A DNA stretch of 54,803 nucleotides, counting the filler, from Dirinaria sp. TL-2023a (Eukaryota): NCBI GenBank assembly GCA_051941275.1. It is 5 parts of 5 records of this genome, joined end to end, with 100 filler letters (N's around TTAATTAATTAA, not from the genome) between each part and the next. Parts side by side here need not be neighbours in the genome. Positions count along the whole stretch, not along the records: positions 11,024 to 21,920 come from JAVEBF010000897.1; positions 22,021 to 32,887 come from JAVEBF010000898.1; 3 more parts are not named here. One strand, 5' to 3'. Below the pieces are notes generated by a model. That model was not told the origin of the DNA. It saw only the letters and a list, made by a program, of their open reading frames with translations, and searched no databases. The position numbers and the translations under genes are program-made. Positions 11,633 to 25,639 of the stretch are shown piece after piece (position 1 is the first letter of the stretch; each line of letters opens with the position of its first letter).

Positions 11633-13970
11633 CTACTGATAGCCTCCCCGCTCGAGCTGTTCTGCTCTGTTAAGAACTCGCTCGCGTCTTATTCGTGCGG
11701 CCTCGGTGCCGTCGTCGGTGATCGATTCTCGGAACCATTTGTGCTGGAGGGCTTCTTTGGCCTTGATGCGCTTCTTGGGGTCGTACACAAAGATCTTCCG
11801 AAGGAGATCCAGGAAGGCTTTGTTGAAATCTGTGGTGGGGGGGATGATCTCCTGGAACTATGTGAGCATAGGACATGGAGGGAAGACGGATGATGTAGTG
11901 TTCGTACATTGAGGTGTTTCATAGCCCTCACGTATTTTTTGCTTGCTTTTGAGGTTTCATTATTCGGGTAGTCGAGCTTTGATACACGGCTGAAATACCT
12001 ATTTGAAATTAGCGCATTGTACACCTGTAAGAAGCAAAGAGCTTGAAGCTTCGGGACACGTACTTTGCAGCTGAATTAGAATTACTTCCTCGTCCACCGT
12101 TTTGCACTTGTTTCACAATTCTAGTATCGATCTTGCCATTGCACACCGCCTCCATCATGGCCAAATGCTCGAGGTTATCATGCGTTTGGAAAAGCGCATC
12201 TCCTGTGAAAAACTCAACTAGTATGCAGCCAATACTCCAGATATCACATGGATAGCTCCAACCAAGATTGAGGATGATTTCCGGGGCGCGATAGTGCCGT
12301 GTAGAGACAACGGAGGAATGATACTCATCGTTGAAGGTGGCTGAGCCAAAATCAATCAACCTGATTTCGGTGTCGAGCAAAACCCGCCGTTGTCGGGCTA
12401 CACGAGCGGTGGTAGTAGAAGATGATGGTATCGTCCGATTGTAGGTGAACGTTTGGTAGCTGTTGCCTACGAGAAGGATATTTTCGGGCTTGAGGTCGGT
12501 ATGGATTAGGTCGAGGTCATGTAGGACTGATATAAGCGTGAGCGTGGGTGCGAACACGAGACAGTATGCTAGATATGAAAGAACAAGATATCGACTTACA
12601 GGCAACACTTGTCAACAGCTGTCTTGCAAAACTCTGGATTTGACTGCTTGGAAATGGTACGAACTGGTTACTCTTTAGGAAATCGAAGACACTTTGGCCA
12701 AGCAGATCGGTGACGATGCATATATGGTTGCGGAAGTCGAAGCAGTCGCGCAGATGGATGCATTTGTTGCGATTCTCTTTGTCGTTATGACTGAGTGTGG
12801 ACAGAACACGCAGCTCAATTCTTGACGCATCCCTATATTTTTGAACAGATCGAATGATCTTAATAGCGCATCGTGTTCGTAATCGCTTGTCGTAGGCTTC
12901 GACCACCTTACCAAAAGTACCTTGTCCTAGGAGTCGCTGAACTTGATCTAGGCGTTATGAGTGAGACATTCTTCCGGCTTGACCAATGATTACGCGCTGA
13001 TACTTACATCGATCACCCAGCTCTGCCTCTGGCAGCACGATGTAATGCCCGTCTTCATCATCGATCTTCTGGCCACGAGTAATAGTCTGCAATTCGATTA
13101 ACTAATGAACTTTTCTGGACCTAGAGAACCTACATCTTGGACCTGCGGTACGTTGACATCTTTGGCCTTGATGGTGGGTTTGGGCGGAGGCACGTAAGAC
13201 GCATATGCCTCACCAATGATCTCGATGTCCTTTCTCTTCTTCTCGTCAGCTACCTGCTGGCGTGTCACTCTCTTTCTCTTCTGTCCGACGACAGTATCAT
13301 CTACGTAGAGACCGGCACTACCATGGCTTGTATGAGAACCTAGTGAAGTGGGCGCCGTGGTTTGTAATGAAGTCGTTCGATCTGTGGACACAGTGTTGGC
13401 TTCTCTTGAATCGTCATGGCTACCACTATGATAGGAGTATGCCGGTTGGTGGAAATGCTCCGGCTGATAGGCATTACCTTGGCCCGTCCTTCGCTTCTTC
13501 GCAGCATGTTCGTACGAGCCATCTCTTGGGGGAACCCTCGTTGCGTGAGTGGGCTGCTCGTTATCCATTCTTCTTGATGGAGCCTTGCCCACGGGCGGCG
13601 GCGAGTCGTCGTCGTCTATTACTATTATCTCTTTTGGAGGGCCGTTCTTGTAGAATTCGTTCCAGTCGGGGCCCCGACTGCGTTCCCGTTTCCTCGAATT
13701 TTGCACTGCAGAAGCAGGTTGTGGTGAAGGCACCTTCTGAGGTTGATGTTGTCGGGAAGATGAATTTTGGGAGGAATTGCGAGTGACCGAGGTCGGGGTG
13801 TTGTTGGAAAAGCTGTTGTACGACTGGGCTAAGCGCGAAGCGCCATTAAGTGTATGATTATTGCCCATGTATCCATGGGGACTGGCCTGATAAGGTTGTC
13901 CTCTGGATAATGGGTAGTGAGAGGTATGGGGATGCGGAAGGGTCTGTGTAATTGTCGAGGGTGTGGACAT
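11633..13970 (-). CDS. lkh1: LAMMER dual-specificity protein kinase (Lkh1/Kns1/CLK family), multi-exon
   Basis: [30 protein letters not shown] and the signature EHLAMMEAV. Long disordered N-terminus. Stop after ...LERGGYQ at 11635-11633. Confidence 0.95.
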
Positions 13971-15061
13971 GATCAGCCAGCCTTCCGAGGCTCGGGCTTG
14001 GGCGGCGTGCGTTTACAGACTCCCAATAGCTTTCTAAAGCTTTGAATGAAGATGTCAAACGCAGTGCGGATTCTGGTAGCACTTCAATGCCGTGCCTAGA
14101 GAATGTTTCTGGCATAAAGAACAGAAAGCTGGCGGATTGGAGGGTTTCGTGGGTGTTTCGGTCGCGTCAGGCAAAGGCGGAGTAAAGGGATTGGATGCCA
14201 CTTTGTCAAAGCCCAAATCCTGCCAGCTTGGGGGGATAGAGGGTCATGAATGGCCTTGTAAGATAGCCATAGATCTCACATGTCTACGAATGAAGTCGAC
14301 ATGACACTAAGCGTCGAGTGAGAAGAGATTGACAAGAAGTGAGGTTGACAATCACATCCTGCATCAGCACCTCAACTAGGAACGCTAACCAGCTACAGTT
14401 TAGCCGGGCACTTTTTGAGGCCGAAGAATGACGAAGGCGGTCTTGGCAGCACACAGCACTCACTGAGCAACTCACTGGAGTCCTGGACCCTGTGGGGGGA
14501 AAGGAGCCATCGGATGTCGATCACTGCTTCCGTGAATCACTACGACATTCCATAAGTGCACTGTCTACATAAGGTACAGTAGTGCTGTACAACCGCGGAG
14601 AATCAAGTTATTGACAGGTGCAGGAATAAAATAAAGGAGCTTGGACGATCCATCAATTCACATGCATGTGCTGTATACAGTCAGTAGTCTAGCTGAATAT
14701 ACGGTCAAAACGATATATAGTAGTTACACTTGGTCTTTGCCCCCCCTTCTCTGCCAGGGTTAGATACATATGCAATACAGGAGCCTTATGCAGAGTAAGA
14801 GCATGGATTGTTGACCAGCCTTGTTCTAGTTACCACATCAGTCGGACACAATCTTGAAGGAGTCACTCCCACACAATTCAAACTGAGAAGCTACCTGAAT
14901 GTAGTATTACATTGGAGCTTGCTTCGCCGGCAAGCGGAGAAAGTGCCAGGGTATAACGAGGTACAGTACATAGAGTGCCCACATTGGGTATCATAAGGTA
15001 CCTTATGCCTTAAGAGAGCCTTGGCTCCAGTCAATACGGAATCAGCTAGAATGCGGGTATC

Positions 15062-18000
15062 TCAGCCCCTTTTCTGACTCCAAAGAGGAGCCACGGTCTC
15101 CACCGCCCTCTCTACCACCGCCTTGACCCGATCTCGGAGGATACCATAGGCACATTCCACCTCCAATGTCTCGAGCCAGATCTTGGCGACGTGTTTATCC
15201 ACCTGGACTTCTACTCCCGGAACGGGGATGCCAACGCTGTGCAACCGCTCCATTTCCTCGGCTTCCAATTCCTCCATCTCGTCATCTCCAGGCTCGGTTT
15301 TGATTCCCTCCGGGTCAACATCAGGTTTGGGCGCCACTTTCGGGTGGCTGATGGGCCTTATCTGGTCGCCGAACTGAGCTTCTAGGAACATGCACAGGCG
15401 AGAGAAGCGCTCTTCGGGAGTTACATTGCTGTGAGGATTGTGTTTCCCATGGTGATGATGCTGGTTCTCGGAGGATTCTGAGCTACGTTAGTCGCACGAA
15501 ACGAGGTAAAGATACTGCATCGCTTACGCTTGACGGCAGCTGGACTCCGCTCAACTGTGAAGAGCACAGCAAGCACTGCGTCCGCAATCCCGTCGTTGAG
15601 TACGTTGCCTTCCCATTCAACTTCAACTTCACCCCTGTTCTGATACCTTACGGTCACACAGCCCATGACAAGGTAGGCTACCGGATGTGGCGAATGATCG
15701 ATCTCTTCCTCCGCATTGTGCTCATGGTCCGTTCCATTGCCGTTGACGACCGACAAACCGTTGGACAATGACTTGTTCTGGGGTCCCAGCTCTTCTATAG
15801 CACCAAAGGTCCCTTCCAACGCCCAACGCACTAGGTCGATACCGGCCGCGCTGAGAGTAAGTTTTTGCTTACACATGATACTAGTAGTGGTAAGGCCAGC
15901 GTATTCCCTTAGGTCCTCAGGCGCCATCAGCGACATCTTGAAGTCATTTTGAACCAACACTCCCGTCATCAGTTGTGTGTCATCTGGATCAAGAGTGGCC
16001 GGTGGAGGAACCTGAGCGAGCTTACCGACTACTTTAGCAGTCTTCTCGGTTTTGAAGGGTATACGTAATTCTTTGGCGTTCTCAGGGCTAAAAACCTTGG
16101 TCTTGACAGTTTTCTCCGAATTCAACGACAGAAGCTTGGATTTCAAGCGGGCCATATTATGTTTCTCGCCGTGAACAAGGATCTGGTATGGTCAGATGTA
16201 TAGCATATACGCAAAAACTTTTCATACTTACCACAACCGGAGCATTGATTTCTTCGATAAACTCCCTGTTCTCCTGGCCATCCACATGTGCAGCGAAGCT
16301 GTATTCCTGTATGCTACACCTTCTCGGAATCATGGTCTTCTCCGGCTCAATGTTTGAACCAAGCGCCTTACGGCCCATCATTGCAGCATTTCGATTGCCC
16401 ATGACCGCCGGTATACTGTCAGGCTCATTCATGATGGACTTCGCCATCGTTCCCTCAACACTATATCCAGTAATGATGACACCGTTCCTGTCATTTGGTG
16501 CCCAGCGTTCGAGGAGCTCTCGGCTCACTCCATTCTGCATCATTCCAGGACTAGCCAACATTACACATTCTCCGAGATCATCGAACCGCTCCAAATTTTT
16601 CAAGCTCCGAACGAATCGAAAGTCCCAAGGCCCACCCCTGTCTGTATTACCACCCTGCTCTGACTCTGCCATTCGCTGCCTAAATAACCGCTTGATGTTG
16701 TCGTTCATGGCTCCAATATACGTCTGGTAAACGACCATGCATTTCCTTGCAAGATTCGACGCGTAGTAGATAGGTATTCTCTGGTACTCGGGATGCCGTG
16801 CCCAATACTCGTCCAATATTAGCAGTAATTCTTGCGCCCTGCCCAATGCGAAAACGGGCATAAGGACTCGGCCTCCTCTATTTAGTATGCTGGTTATACT
16901 TCTCATCAGAGCCGTTTCTCGCTCCGTCCTAGGTATGTGAGATGCAATACCGTAGGTGCTTTCCGTTATCAGTACATCGATTTTAATACCCCTAGGTATC
17001 TCCGCCGATATCAAATGTCTGTCAGCTTCTCGTGAGTAGTCGCCAGTAAAGAGAATCTTAAGGCCGGCAATCTCGATGACGAACATTGCGGCGCCGAGCG
17101 CATGACCCGCGGGGTAAGGAGTGAAACGGATAGATGAGACAGTATGTGTGGTGTAGTAATCAACGGCCTCAATCTGAGGAAACGTTGAGAGATGGTCGGC
17201 TTCGGTGTAGAGCTGCGTCTGCTGGTCGGACGACGAAGAGGTGTTCCTACATCCTCCGTCAGCACGTTCATCGGTGGCAAGGCTAATACAGCGCATACTG
17301 CACTCGGACGCTGTCTTGTATCAGCCATTTATAGATAGCCTTTGTTGGATGCGTCATAAACACGCGGCCACGGAAATTGGTCTTCGCCAGAACAAAGGGC
17401 AAGCCCATAGCATGGTCCAGATGGAAACTGCGAACAACAAATTAGCCTTGAATGTACTTAGCTTGGGAAACGCAGGGTAAAGGCATCCGAGGGGGTGGAA
17501 CCCATGGCGGCAAGCGTTGGCTACTCAAAAATATCACATCAGGAGAGTGTGAGGAGAGTGAAGCATCAAGATGATCTCAATTCTATTGATGACTCTTGTA
17601 CAAAATTGGTGATGCGACCATCCAGGAGAGGGCAGCAGGACTGGGGCATAGCGGATGCGAAACCCAGCTAAGATCCTCCAAAGCGCCCGTACAACATGTA
17701 CATCTAGGCATCCAGCCTGTCCACCAATTCGGCTGTCCGAGCAAGAGCACCTCCACCAAAAGAAGAAAGCAACGCCGCTCTGATCGAAGTGTACGGTGGA
17801 GAGGTCTGACTCACTGGCTGATGAGGAGCACATCGACTGTACTTAAGTCAAATTCGTCGAACCACGGCAGAGCAGCTATGCCATCAAGTGCAGGATGCAT
17901 TCCAGCATCGAGCTAGATAGTGATTAGCAAGATCTCCCCATCCTGAGTGCCTGCGCATGATGACGAACCATGACCGTCTTGCCCTTATATTGAATGATGT

Positions 18001-18118
18001 GACAGGATCTGCCGACCTCATTCCCACCCCCCAAACAGAGGAACATGAATTCATCTGCAGGGTCTACTGGCTCTTCAGGTTCCAGCGATAGCGCCGAGAG
18101 CTTTCGTTTAGATGACAT
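15062..18118 (-). CDS. YSH1: mRNA 3'-end cleavage endoribonuclease Ysh1/CPSF73, multi-exon
   Basis: [25 protein letters not shown] metallo-beta-lactamase motif, [32 protein letters not shown], and a CPSF73 C-terminal domain. Confidence 0.96.
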
Positions 18119-18614
18119 TGTTTGAAGCACCCGTAGAGCTCGCCTTCAGCGCACTTCATCACATCCTTGATGTAGACCTCTGTAAATCCGTCAAGTGCTT
18201 GTAGTTCAGCGACACGCACAGTTCGGAGTGAGAGGAGTTGTAAGTATCATATCTGGAAGAACAATGAGAAAGGCGCTGCTCCATGTTCGACCTCTACCTT
18301 AACGATCTGAAGTGAACGCACACTTACGTAAGCTCCTTAAAGCCGGCCGATACACTTCATTCCGATTCCTTTTGCACAATCAACTTCAGGAAACAGACCA
18401 CCGGCATCTGCACACACATCGCATAAGGGACCTGAACAAGCTACTCATAATCTGTAGTCTCTAAGGTACCTGTGTATGCGCGCCACCAATTGCGATAGGT
18501 GTCACGGGAGCAGAGGTTGCTCCGGAGGGCACCTGCCTCAGGCTGCCTCCAGTATTTGGAGGTGATGAGCAATTGCTGAAGGCCTTATAGACTACACTTA
18601 AAGCGTCTTTGGCT

Positions 18615-20463
18615 ATGTCTCATCCGCATCAAGCACATCAGCCATATGCGCAGCGGCCATGGTCGCCCATCCAGGGAGTCGGCTCCCCAATGCCGGGAGC
18701 ATTTGGACAACCCCCAAACAAACGCCAAAGGTTGTCGCCCGGTGCTCAATCACCTTACGGCTCACCCGGCATGGCGAACATCAGTCTTCCTAGTCAAGTT
18801 TTCAGCAGACCCTACTACGATGCTCAGACTAACGGTCCCCCCAACAACATCAACAACTACCACAATACCATCAACCTGTCTCCTCAACCTCCACATCCAC
18901 CACCTGCTCCAGCTTCGAACACAGCAGGTACCATGGGTCCCCCTTCGCGTCCGAGTGACAAGCCTACAGATTTGAATGAGCTGTCAGATGTATTACAAGG
19001 GTCTGGGATCGACCTTCGCGAGGAGGAGGCTGCGATGTTAAGACCTCACGCTGCCCCGCAGCAGCCGTATCATCACCAGGATACGTCCTTTAGCTCGCAT
19101 TTCTCAAACTCTTTCAATTCTTCAGGATCTGGAAGCCCAACCACCTCTTCGTTTCCGAGGAACGATTTCAATGTCTACTCCCACAACGCGCCGGGAGACA
19201 GGAAAAGCTTCTATGGCGCAGGAACGTTCAATCAACCCCCAGTGCCATATCAGTCTACCGAGGAGAGGGCTAAACAAGAATTGGAACGGGCGGATCGTAG
19301 GAGAGCGGAAACCTTACAATATCATTTGAATCACCCCTTCCTCTACACTGGTCCGCTTCAGAAACGAATTGATAAGCACGCGAATTCACATCACCTGCAA
19401 AAGATCACCTATGGGCATTATGTTGTTAAGAAAGGGGCTCAGCCAAAAACGATGAATGTTGCAGGACCTGATGGGCATGAGAAGCTTGTATTGCTGGATG
19501 GTCAAGATCTAATTACTAACGATTCCAACTGGGTCGAGCTTCTGACTTTACTCTCCTTAGCAACTCAAGAGCGGATACGTGGCTTTTTGGAGGATGCAGC
19601 CGCGCTTGCCAAAAGCAGAAGCATTGCATCGAATGGCATTGTGCCCGGGGAATTGCAGGACCTGGCTATTGGGAATGGGAAGGCAGAGACAGTGCCTGCT
19701 TTGCCTACTCCAAGCAACAGCGCTGTTTCTCCGCAGATCCAACCCCTAAAGCGTATGCCCATCGTTATGCGAACTTCAAGTCTCAAGCTGACATTACTAA
19801 GGATCTTATGCTGATGTCAATGCCCCACCGACTCCAGTGTCCAACGGCAATCAGTCGCCAGCCACCACGATCGCATTTCCAAACCGTGTCGCCGAGTCAC
19901 TCCGTGAATCCGCCTTGCAGGAAAGATCATGGGAGGAAGAGCGAATTGCAAAGCGTAGACGCCGCGCCGCAACGGCAACCGCAGCGCCTTCCGAGGACGC
20001 CAGCAGAGCGGGCTCTGTGGCTCCCGACGCAGCCGCGAGCGGCGCAAACCAACGAGCGCCCGATCCAGAGCCGAAGAAGGCAGGAACCAAAAAGGAGCAG
20101 CGGAAGAAGGAGGAGGCAAAGGCAACCGAAGCTCAACAGCATGCAGCGACCAACAAAACCATGAACATGGCTCTCGGCATGGGAGGGGCTTTGGGCGGTA
20201 AGAAGCTTTCATGGATGACTGGTGGTACGGGGGGAGGCTCCACAAGCTTCTCACGACCGACCTCTATTAACGCAGGGGCTAAGGCGCCTTCGAAAAGTGC
20301 TGCACCGGTCGGCTCCTCGCTGCCTGCCGGCCGCAAATGGGGCGAGTTCAAGGAAACGGGTTCAGGTATCGAGATGCGGGATGTGATCGCTGCGCTCGAG
20401 AACGATGGCAAGGAGAAGAAGGCTATGCAAAAAGCCTATACGAGACTAGGGCGGAAGTACTAA
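18615..20463 (+). CDS. TAF4: TFIID subunit Taf4; intron about 19754-19801; head-to-head with YSH1
   Basis: LSDVLQGSGIDLREEE, LLSLATQERIRGFLE histone fold, QHAATNKTMNMALG...KKLSWM, IEMRDVIAALE. Confidence 0.88.
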
Positions 20464-21584
20464 TACAAGCCAGCACCTCTCGCAGGAAGATTGGCTTGAT
20501 AGGCGAATACTGACTGGCTGTCACTTTAAGCGCGGCGCTGGAGGGAACCTGCGTTTAGCCAGGTACATGACTTCATTTGCTTCCAAGTTTTGACACATGC
20601 TTGCATTACTAAATTGATCATAGCATCGTTAGCTACAATACAGTATGCTTTATCCTTATCCACTTGCACACACAATGCACATTGATTAGTGGGGTAGAGC
20701 TGATGCGGGAAATAAGAGTTGAGTTCCTACTGTCAGGAATTCTGTCAGATAGAGTAAGCCAAAGATGAGATGCTTCCAGAAGTCCCCAAGATATATCTAC
20801 TTGTAAGATTGCTTTGAGAAGGTCACATGTTATAGATACCTTGGGTGCTGTATCTCAGGTGGGATAGGAGGGAGTACCTCAAGAGCTAAGGTACCTACAT
20901 GAAGTACCTTAAGGTAGGTCTAATAAGCTTAGCTCAATGGAGGTTTCAAGAATGACTCTGTCCAATATCTGCCGCTAAGGTCCGATAGTTCACAAGAAGC
21001 TCAACAGGATTAACTCAATCGAGGTTTTGCGGAGAAAACTGTTCAATATCTGCCGCTAAGCTCCAACAAAAGCATAAAAACTCTAACCTAGGAGAGGCTT
21101 CCCGATAATCTTCTTTCAACAATCATTAATTTGTTGCAGATTCTCCACATGAACCTTTCTGTTTGTGCAGTGAGACATCAAAAGCTTAAGGTGTCTCATA
21201 CACCTTTAGGGTTATATAAGGGTTGAGGCTAAAGAAGGTAAGGTAAATCCCGATTGAGATTCTCCGAACCTTCAGTGTGTGCCCAACACACAGTTGGCAA
21301 TCTTTGCTCTTGGCAATATTTGCCTTCAAGGTCCCTCAACTGCCTCAAGTGTGTACCGAGTCTTCAAATCGGTGATTCCCTACCTTGCGTAACTTTGTGG
21401 AATCTTGCAGCCTTTTTCCTGTGTCACGGCGGAACCTCATCACCTCTATCGTATGGTTCAAAGAATGTCTGTCCTGCCGTTCTGCTTTCTGCCACCTTGA
21501 AGTCACTGCGTCGCGGAAATCCGCTGTTACATCCTTTTCCTCGCCTGGCAGGACGAATCGGGCTGCTATTGTTGCTGATCGAAA

Positions 21585-21920
21585 ATGTCTACCCCCTTCA
21601 TCGATCTCCTCCATCCGCCAGGCCCCTCCGTCTTCCAAGCGCCTCGTGCTCCACCTTTCGATCCTGAGTCCAGTCCCACCGTTCCACCCATCTTCCTCTC
21701 CGCACTTTCGGTGCGTTTTCCCGTGTTCATCGACGAACAGAGTTGCTCCGCGGAGGAAGAAATCGACAAAGACGATCCGAACAGCTGGCATTGGGTCGTC
21801 TACGTCAGCGTAGGGAGCAAAACCGGCAACAATAAAGACGGGAAGGTCGCGGCTGGCACGATCCGGCTTGTGCCCGTGACGCCGCTAGCCGGGCATAGCC
21901 AAACCGAAGAAGCGGTAAAA
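21585..21920 (+). CDS. GNAT (ElaA/YjcF-like) acetyltransferase, 3'-truncated by the contig end
   Basis: ALSVRFPVFIDEQ...EEIDKDDPNSWHWVVY...AGTIRLVP is a typical N-terminal half of this GNAT subgroup. Confidence 0.75.
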
Positions 21921-22020
21921 NNNNNNNNNNNNNNNNNNNNNNNNNNNNNNNNNNNNNNNNNNNNTTAATTAATTAANNNNNNNNNNNNNNNNNNNNNNNN
22001 NNNNNNNNNNNNNNNNNNNN
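21921..22020. other. Artificial contig-joining spacer
   Basis: N44-TTAATTAATTAA-N44. Confidence 0.98.
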
Positions 22021-22149
22021 GGGTTAGTACTGGAAGGAAATGCATTATCAAGATTAGTCTCTACTTCGGCTCAGTGGGGAGCTCGCAGAAAACGAGAGGG
22101 GGTTGAGTCTTCAAATTTTACAAGAACATCAATCAAATGGATTTGATCC

Positions 22150-22152
<3 letters not shown>

Positions 22153-22183
<31 letters not shown>
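22153..22183. repeat. (AC)n microsatellite
   Basis: About 15 uninterrupted AC units. Confidence 0.95.
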
Positions 22184-22187
<4 letters not shown>

Positions 22188-22216
22188 TATATCTAGACAC
22201 AAGAACGCACCTCCCC

Positions 22217-23721
22217 TTATCCTTGATAAATAGCAGCTTCACTTTTAGTCTGCGGCAGCCTCAATTTCTCATCCTCACCGAGCTCATGACTCTGAATCGC
22301 AAACTGATCCGTCCTCAAAATCCCGCCCTCCCACGGCAAATGATTATCATTCGGATCGTACAGCGTATCGTCGCCCGAGTTCTGGGAGGCTTTCTTGCCA
22401 ATCACTCTCCCTTCCTCCGCAAGCTCGATATCGTTCTTCCCCTGGGTTGTTGATTTCTTGGAGCGATTGGATTTGCTCATGACGCTGTGGGTGCTGAAGA
22501 GCGAGCGGAGCGATACCGGTAAGTAATCCTTGAGCGCGGGTATGCGGCGCAATAGCGGATGGAGGATGGGCTGAGTATATATAATGTGAGCTTTGTGTGA
22601 TGGAGTATGATCTGGGTAGGTTTTGAGCTTACCAAGCAGCCGCAAAATATGCCTAGGTTCAATTCGAGAGAACTAGGGGGATTTAGCTTGCACCTTAAGA
22701 TACTAGCACGAAACCGATTACTCACAACCAGACGTAGTTGGTAATCTCAGTCCATGTCCCGTCAGTCTCTTGCGCACCGTTTGCGCTGTTGTTGTAGAAA
22801 ATAACCTGCCGAATGATGGAAATGGCACAGACACTGTTCAATCAGCCGCACACACTAGTGGCTTTAGAAAGCAAACACTTACAGTCCGCCTGTAGCAAAA
22901 ACGAACGCTAGCCCGCCCTTTTTGCGCCAAGAGAGATGCATCTTCCAGAGCATGGGCATGGGCAGTAGGAATAGGATGAAGTCTGTAATGATGTTGTACC
23001 AGCCGAACACGGCAGTAAGCAGGATTCTGTTCAAGCATTTGTAGCCATCAGGATGCGCGGATTGATACTGCATACTCCATGTAGCGATGAATGGACGGCA
23101 GCGAAGAATGGTGATGAGCATGCTTATGAAGGCCCAAAAGTAGATGATGGGACCCAAAATGACACAGATCAATCGAAATGTTCGGTCGACGCTGAAAATC
23201 CGGAAGAGTAGTAGAAGGACTGCGAGTTTGGCGAAAGCTATTCCATTGAGGTACATTACTTGGTCAACGCCGAGGAACTGAGTTTCTGTCAGTGTTTTCA
23301 ATGCGGAGAGGTGGATGACTCACGATCTGGAAGCCGGGAAAGTTCTTGGGGTTCACGTCCCATATGTGACGCCCGTATCCTAGGTCAACCACTGCTTCTG
23401 TAAGCTCAAGCGCCTCTCAAGAGGTGTATGATGAGCACCTACGATGGTGAATTAAGCCAATTCTTGGAATAGCGAAGCACAAAGCCAGCACGGAGCACAC
23501 TGGAAATCTTTTTAGCAAAGCTCCACACATTGAATACGAGATATCTAACAGTCATCCCACCCTGCAGCGTGTGTTATCCTGAGTTTTGTGAAGAGCCGAG
23601 CGCCAACAGCCAGAGCAGCAAAGACAAAGGAGACAATGGCAGCATCGGTAGCTTGCCACCCTCTGGATACAGGGTTGACATAGTTCGGAACGACCCCGGG
23701 GGGAATATCCACCAATGCCAT
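22217..23721 (-). CDS. PTH11-like / fungal rhodopsin-domain 7-TM integral membrane protein (no CFEM domain), multi-exon
   Basis: PPGVVPNYVNP...ARLFTK...GWDD, GYGRHIWDV, AKLAVLLLLFRIF, RCRP, NIITDFILFLLPMPMLWKMHLSWRKK, ELNLGIFCGCL|P. Confidence 0.88.
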
Positions 23722-25639
23722 ACCTCTTCGTTACTGGTATAATAAAGAAATATGGATTGCTAGGAATGTGCTCAAAAAGCTGGCAGGAAGAGGAAGAACT
23801 TTAAAAAATGAAAAGGCTCGGACGCCCGCATTATTTTATTATTTGTCTGAAGGACATCCCAGAGGGCTGTGATCTTTCGTACTCTGGTCAAAGAACCCTG
23901 CTTTTCTAAAGCTATGGACGAGCAGAAGATGCTTAGTCGCGACGGCGCAAGGTACTAGAGCCCATTGCACTTGTGCCGAGGGGGCCAATCAGTCTTTCGA
24001 AACGTCATTGGCCAGCAATAGAGCGGTTTGCCAAAGTCAGGAGGGGCATGAACTAAAGCGATGGCACGCGCAAATATTTCTTTCGTTGTGACTGAGGCTC
24101 GCCCAGATCATTCAGGAGTAGCAGGAGCCATATAATTCACCCCACAGTCGGAGAATTATTGTCGATCGTTACCACGTTACGCCTGCATTAGCAGCAGCAA
24201 ATCCTCCGATTGTCGTGCATGAGCATGGATGAGCGATGTTGCAAGAACGTCTAAGAAGGTTCTAGCTGCCAGCGGACACATGGCCGGCGTGGAGTAGCGT
24301 CATAATACCGGACAGTTTGCTCCAAACGTGATGGATCAAGCTTGAAGCTACCGGCCGTGTGAGCAAGATAGCTTCGATCGGTCCTTGGCCGAGTCATCGG
24401 CGATCTGGGAACCACAGTGCTGGGTTCTGGTTCCTGGGTTCTGGTTACTGGCTTCTGGTTCCTGGCTTTCAAAATATTAGTAAAGGATAACAAAATGTTG
24501 CTCTGCCTTGCACTGCTTTCCTGGAACCAATTAATATTGACCAGGCGATGACTAAAAATCTCAATCGAGTTTAGGCCAGGGGTTGCAACTGAGGGGTACC
24601 CTGGCTTAATCTTGGCATTTCTCCGGCCCGAGGTTTTACCACAGACTTTCGAAGTCGGACCCTTCCTTTACGGAGTTCTAGAAGAAGGAACGTACCAAAG
24701 CCACCATCGGATAAGGTAGTGACGTTGCCCTTTACTCTACCATGGCTTCCTGCATTTCGATTCGTCCTACTCTCTTTTGTCTCTCCTCCGAGGCTCATCG
24801 CACTTCATATTATTAGCCAATGATGATTCGCTCGAAGAGCTCTTTTGAAACGGCTCTGAGCTCAAGACAGGTCAAGAGTCCATCTTGGCAAAACCGCTAT
24901 CCATGATTCCCGGGCAAGGACGGTTCGTGACCACGAGATGCCCTTGGTGTACGGCAAATGCAAAGATCGAATGAGGATAAACAACCCCAGATGACCTGAC
25001 TGATGAGGCCAGGGTTCAATGACGAGTTTGAAAAGTATCATTGGAGCCTGTGCCTCTAAAGGCAGAAGAAAGTGATGGAGCACAGGGCTCCAACAAGAGC
25101 TGGTTCGTTGGTTGGATTTCCGTCCAGTGAGTTTAAACTGTCACGTGTTATTATCATCATCATCATCAGGTAAAGAGACACCAGAACTCAAATCTGAATC
25201 ACCGATCAAGTAAGGTCAGGTATGAAATAACGATGCTTCGAATGTAGAAGTCGCTCTTCGCACGTTATCGATTACACACAGTACCTCCGAGATGAAGATC
25301 GAGATTGTCCGACCATGCGGGCTTTCTCGGGACGAGCAATTCTTACCAGCAAAATTGCTTCCTCGAGAGAGAATCAGGCGGATCGAAGGCCAAATCTGTA
25401 ACTTTTCTACGAGAGGTAGGATCCAAGTCCGACCACTATTAGGACTATGACGAGGGACCAGGCCAGGAACCTACGGCACGAACGAAACCCAATACTTCTA
25501 TTTTCTACACCGCCACTCGTCCCATTAGTCGTAGTCAAGTTCGACAACAAGTATGCGCCGACATCGCAAGTTCTCTTCACCCTGCAAAGCTCCTTGTTCC
25601 TCCCAACCTAGACCGGTAGGTTGTCTGGCTTCGAATGTC

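Noticed and set aside
20963..21060. 17-bp direct repeat caatatctgccgctaag as a transposon end or footprint
   Set aside because: No transposase, TIR or LTR structure nearby.
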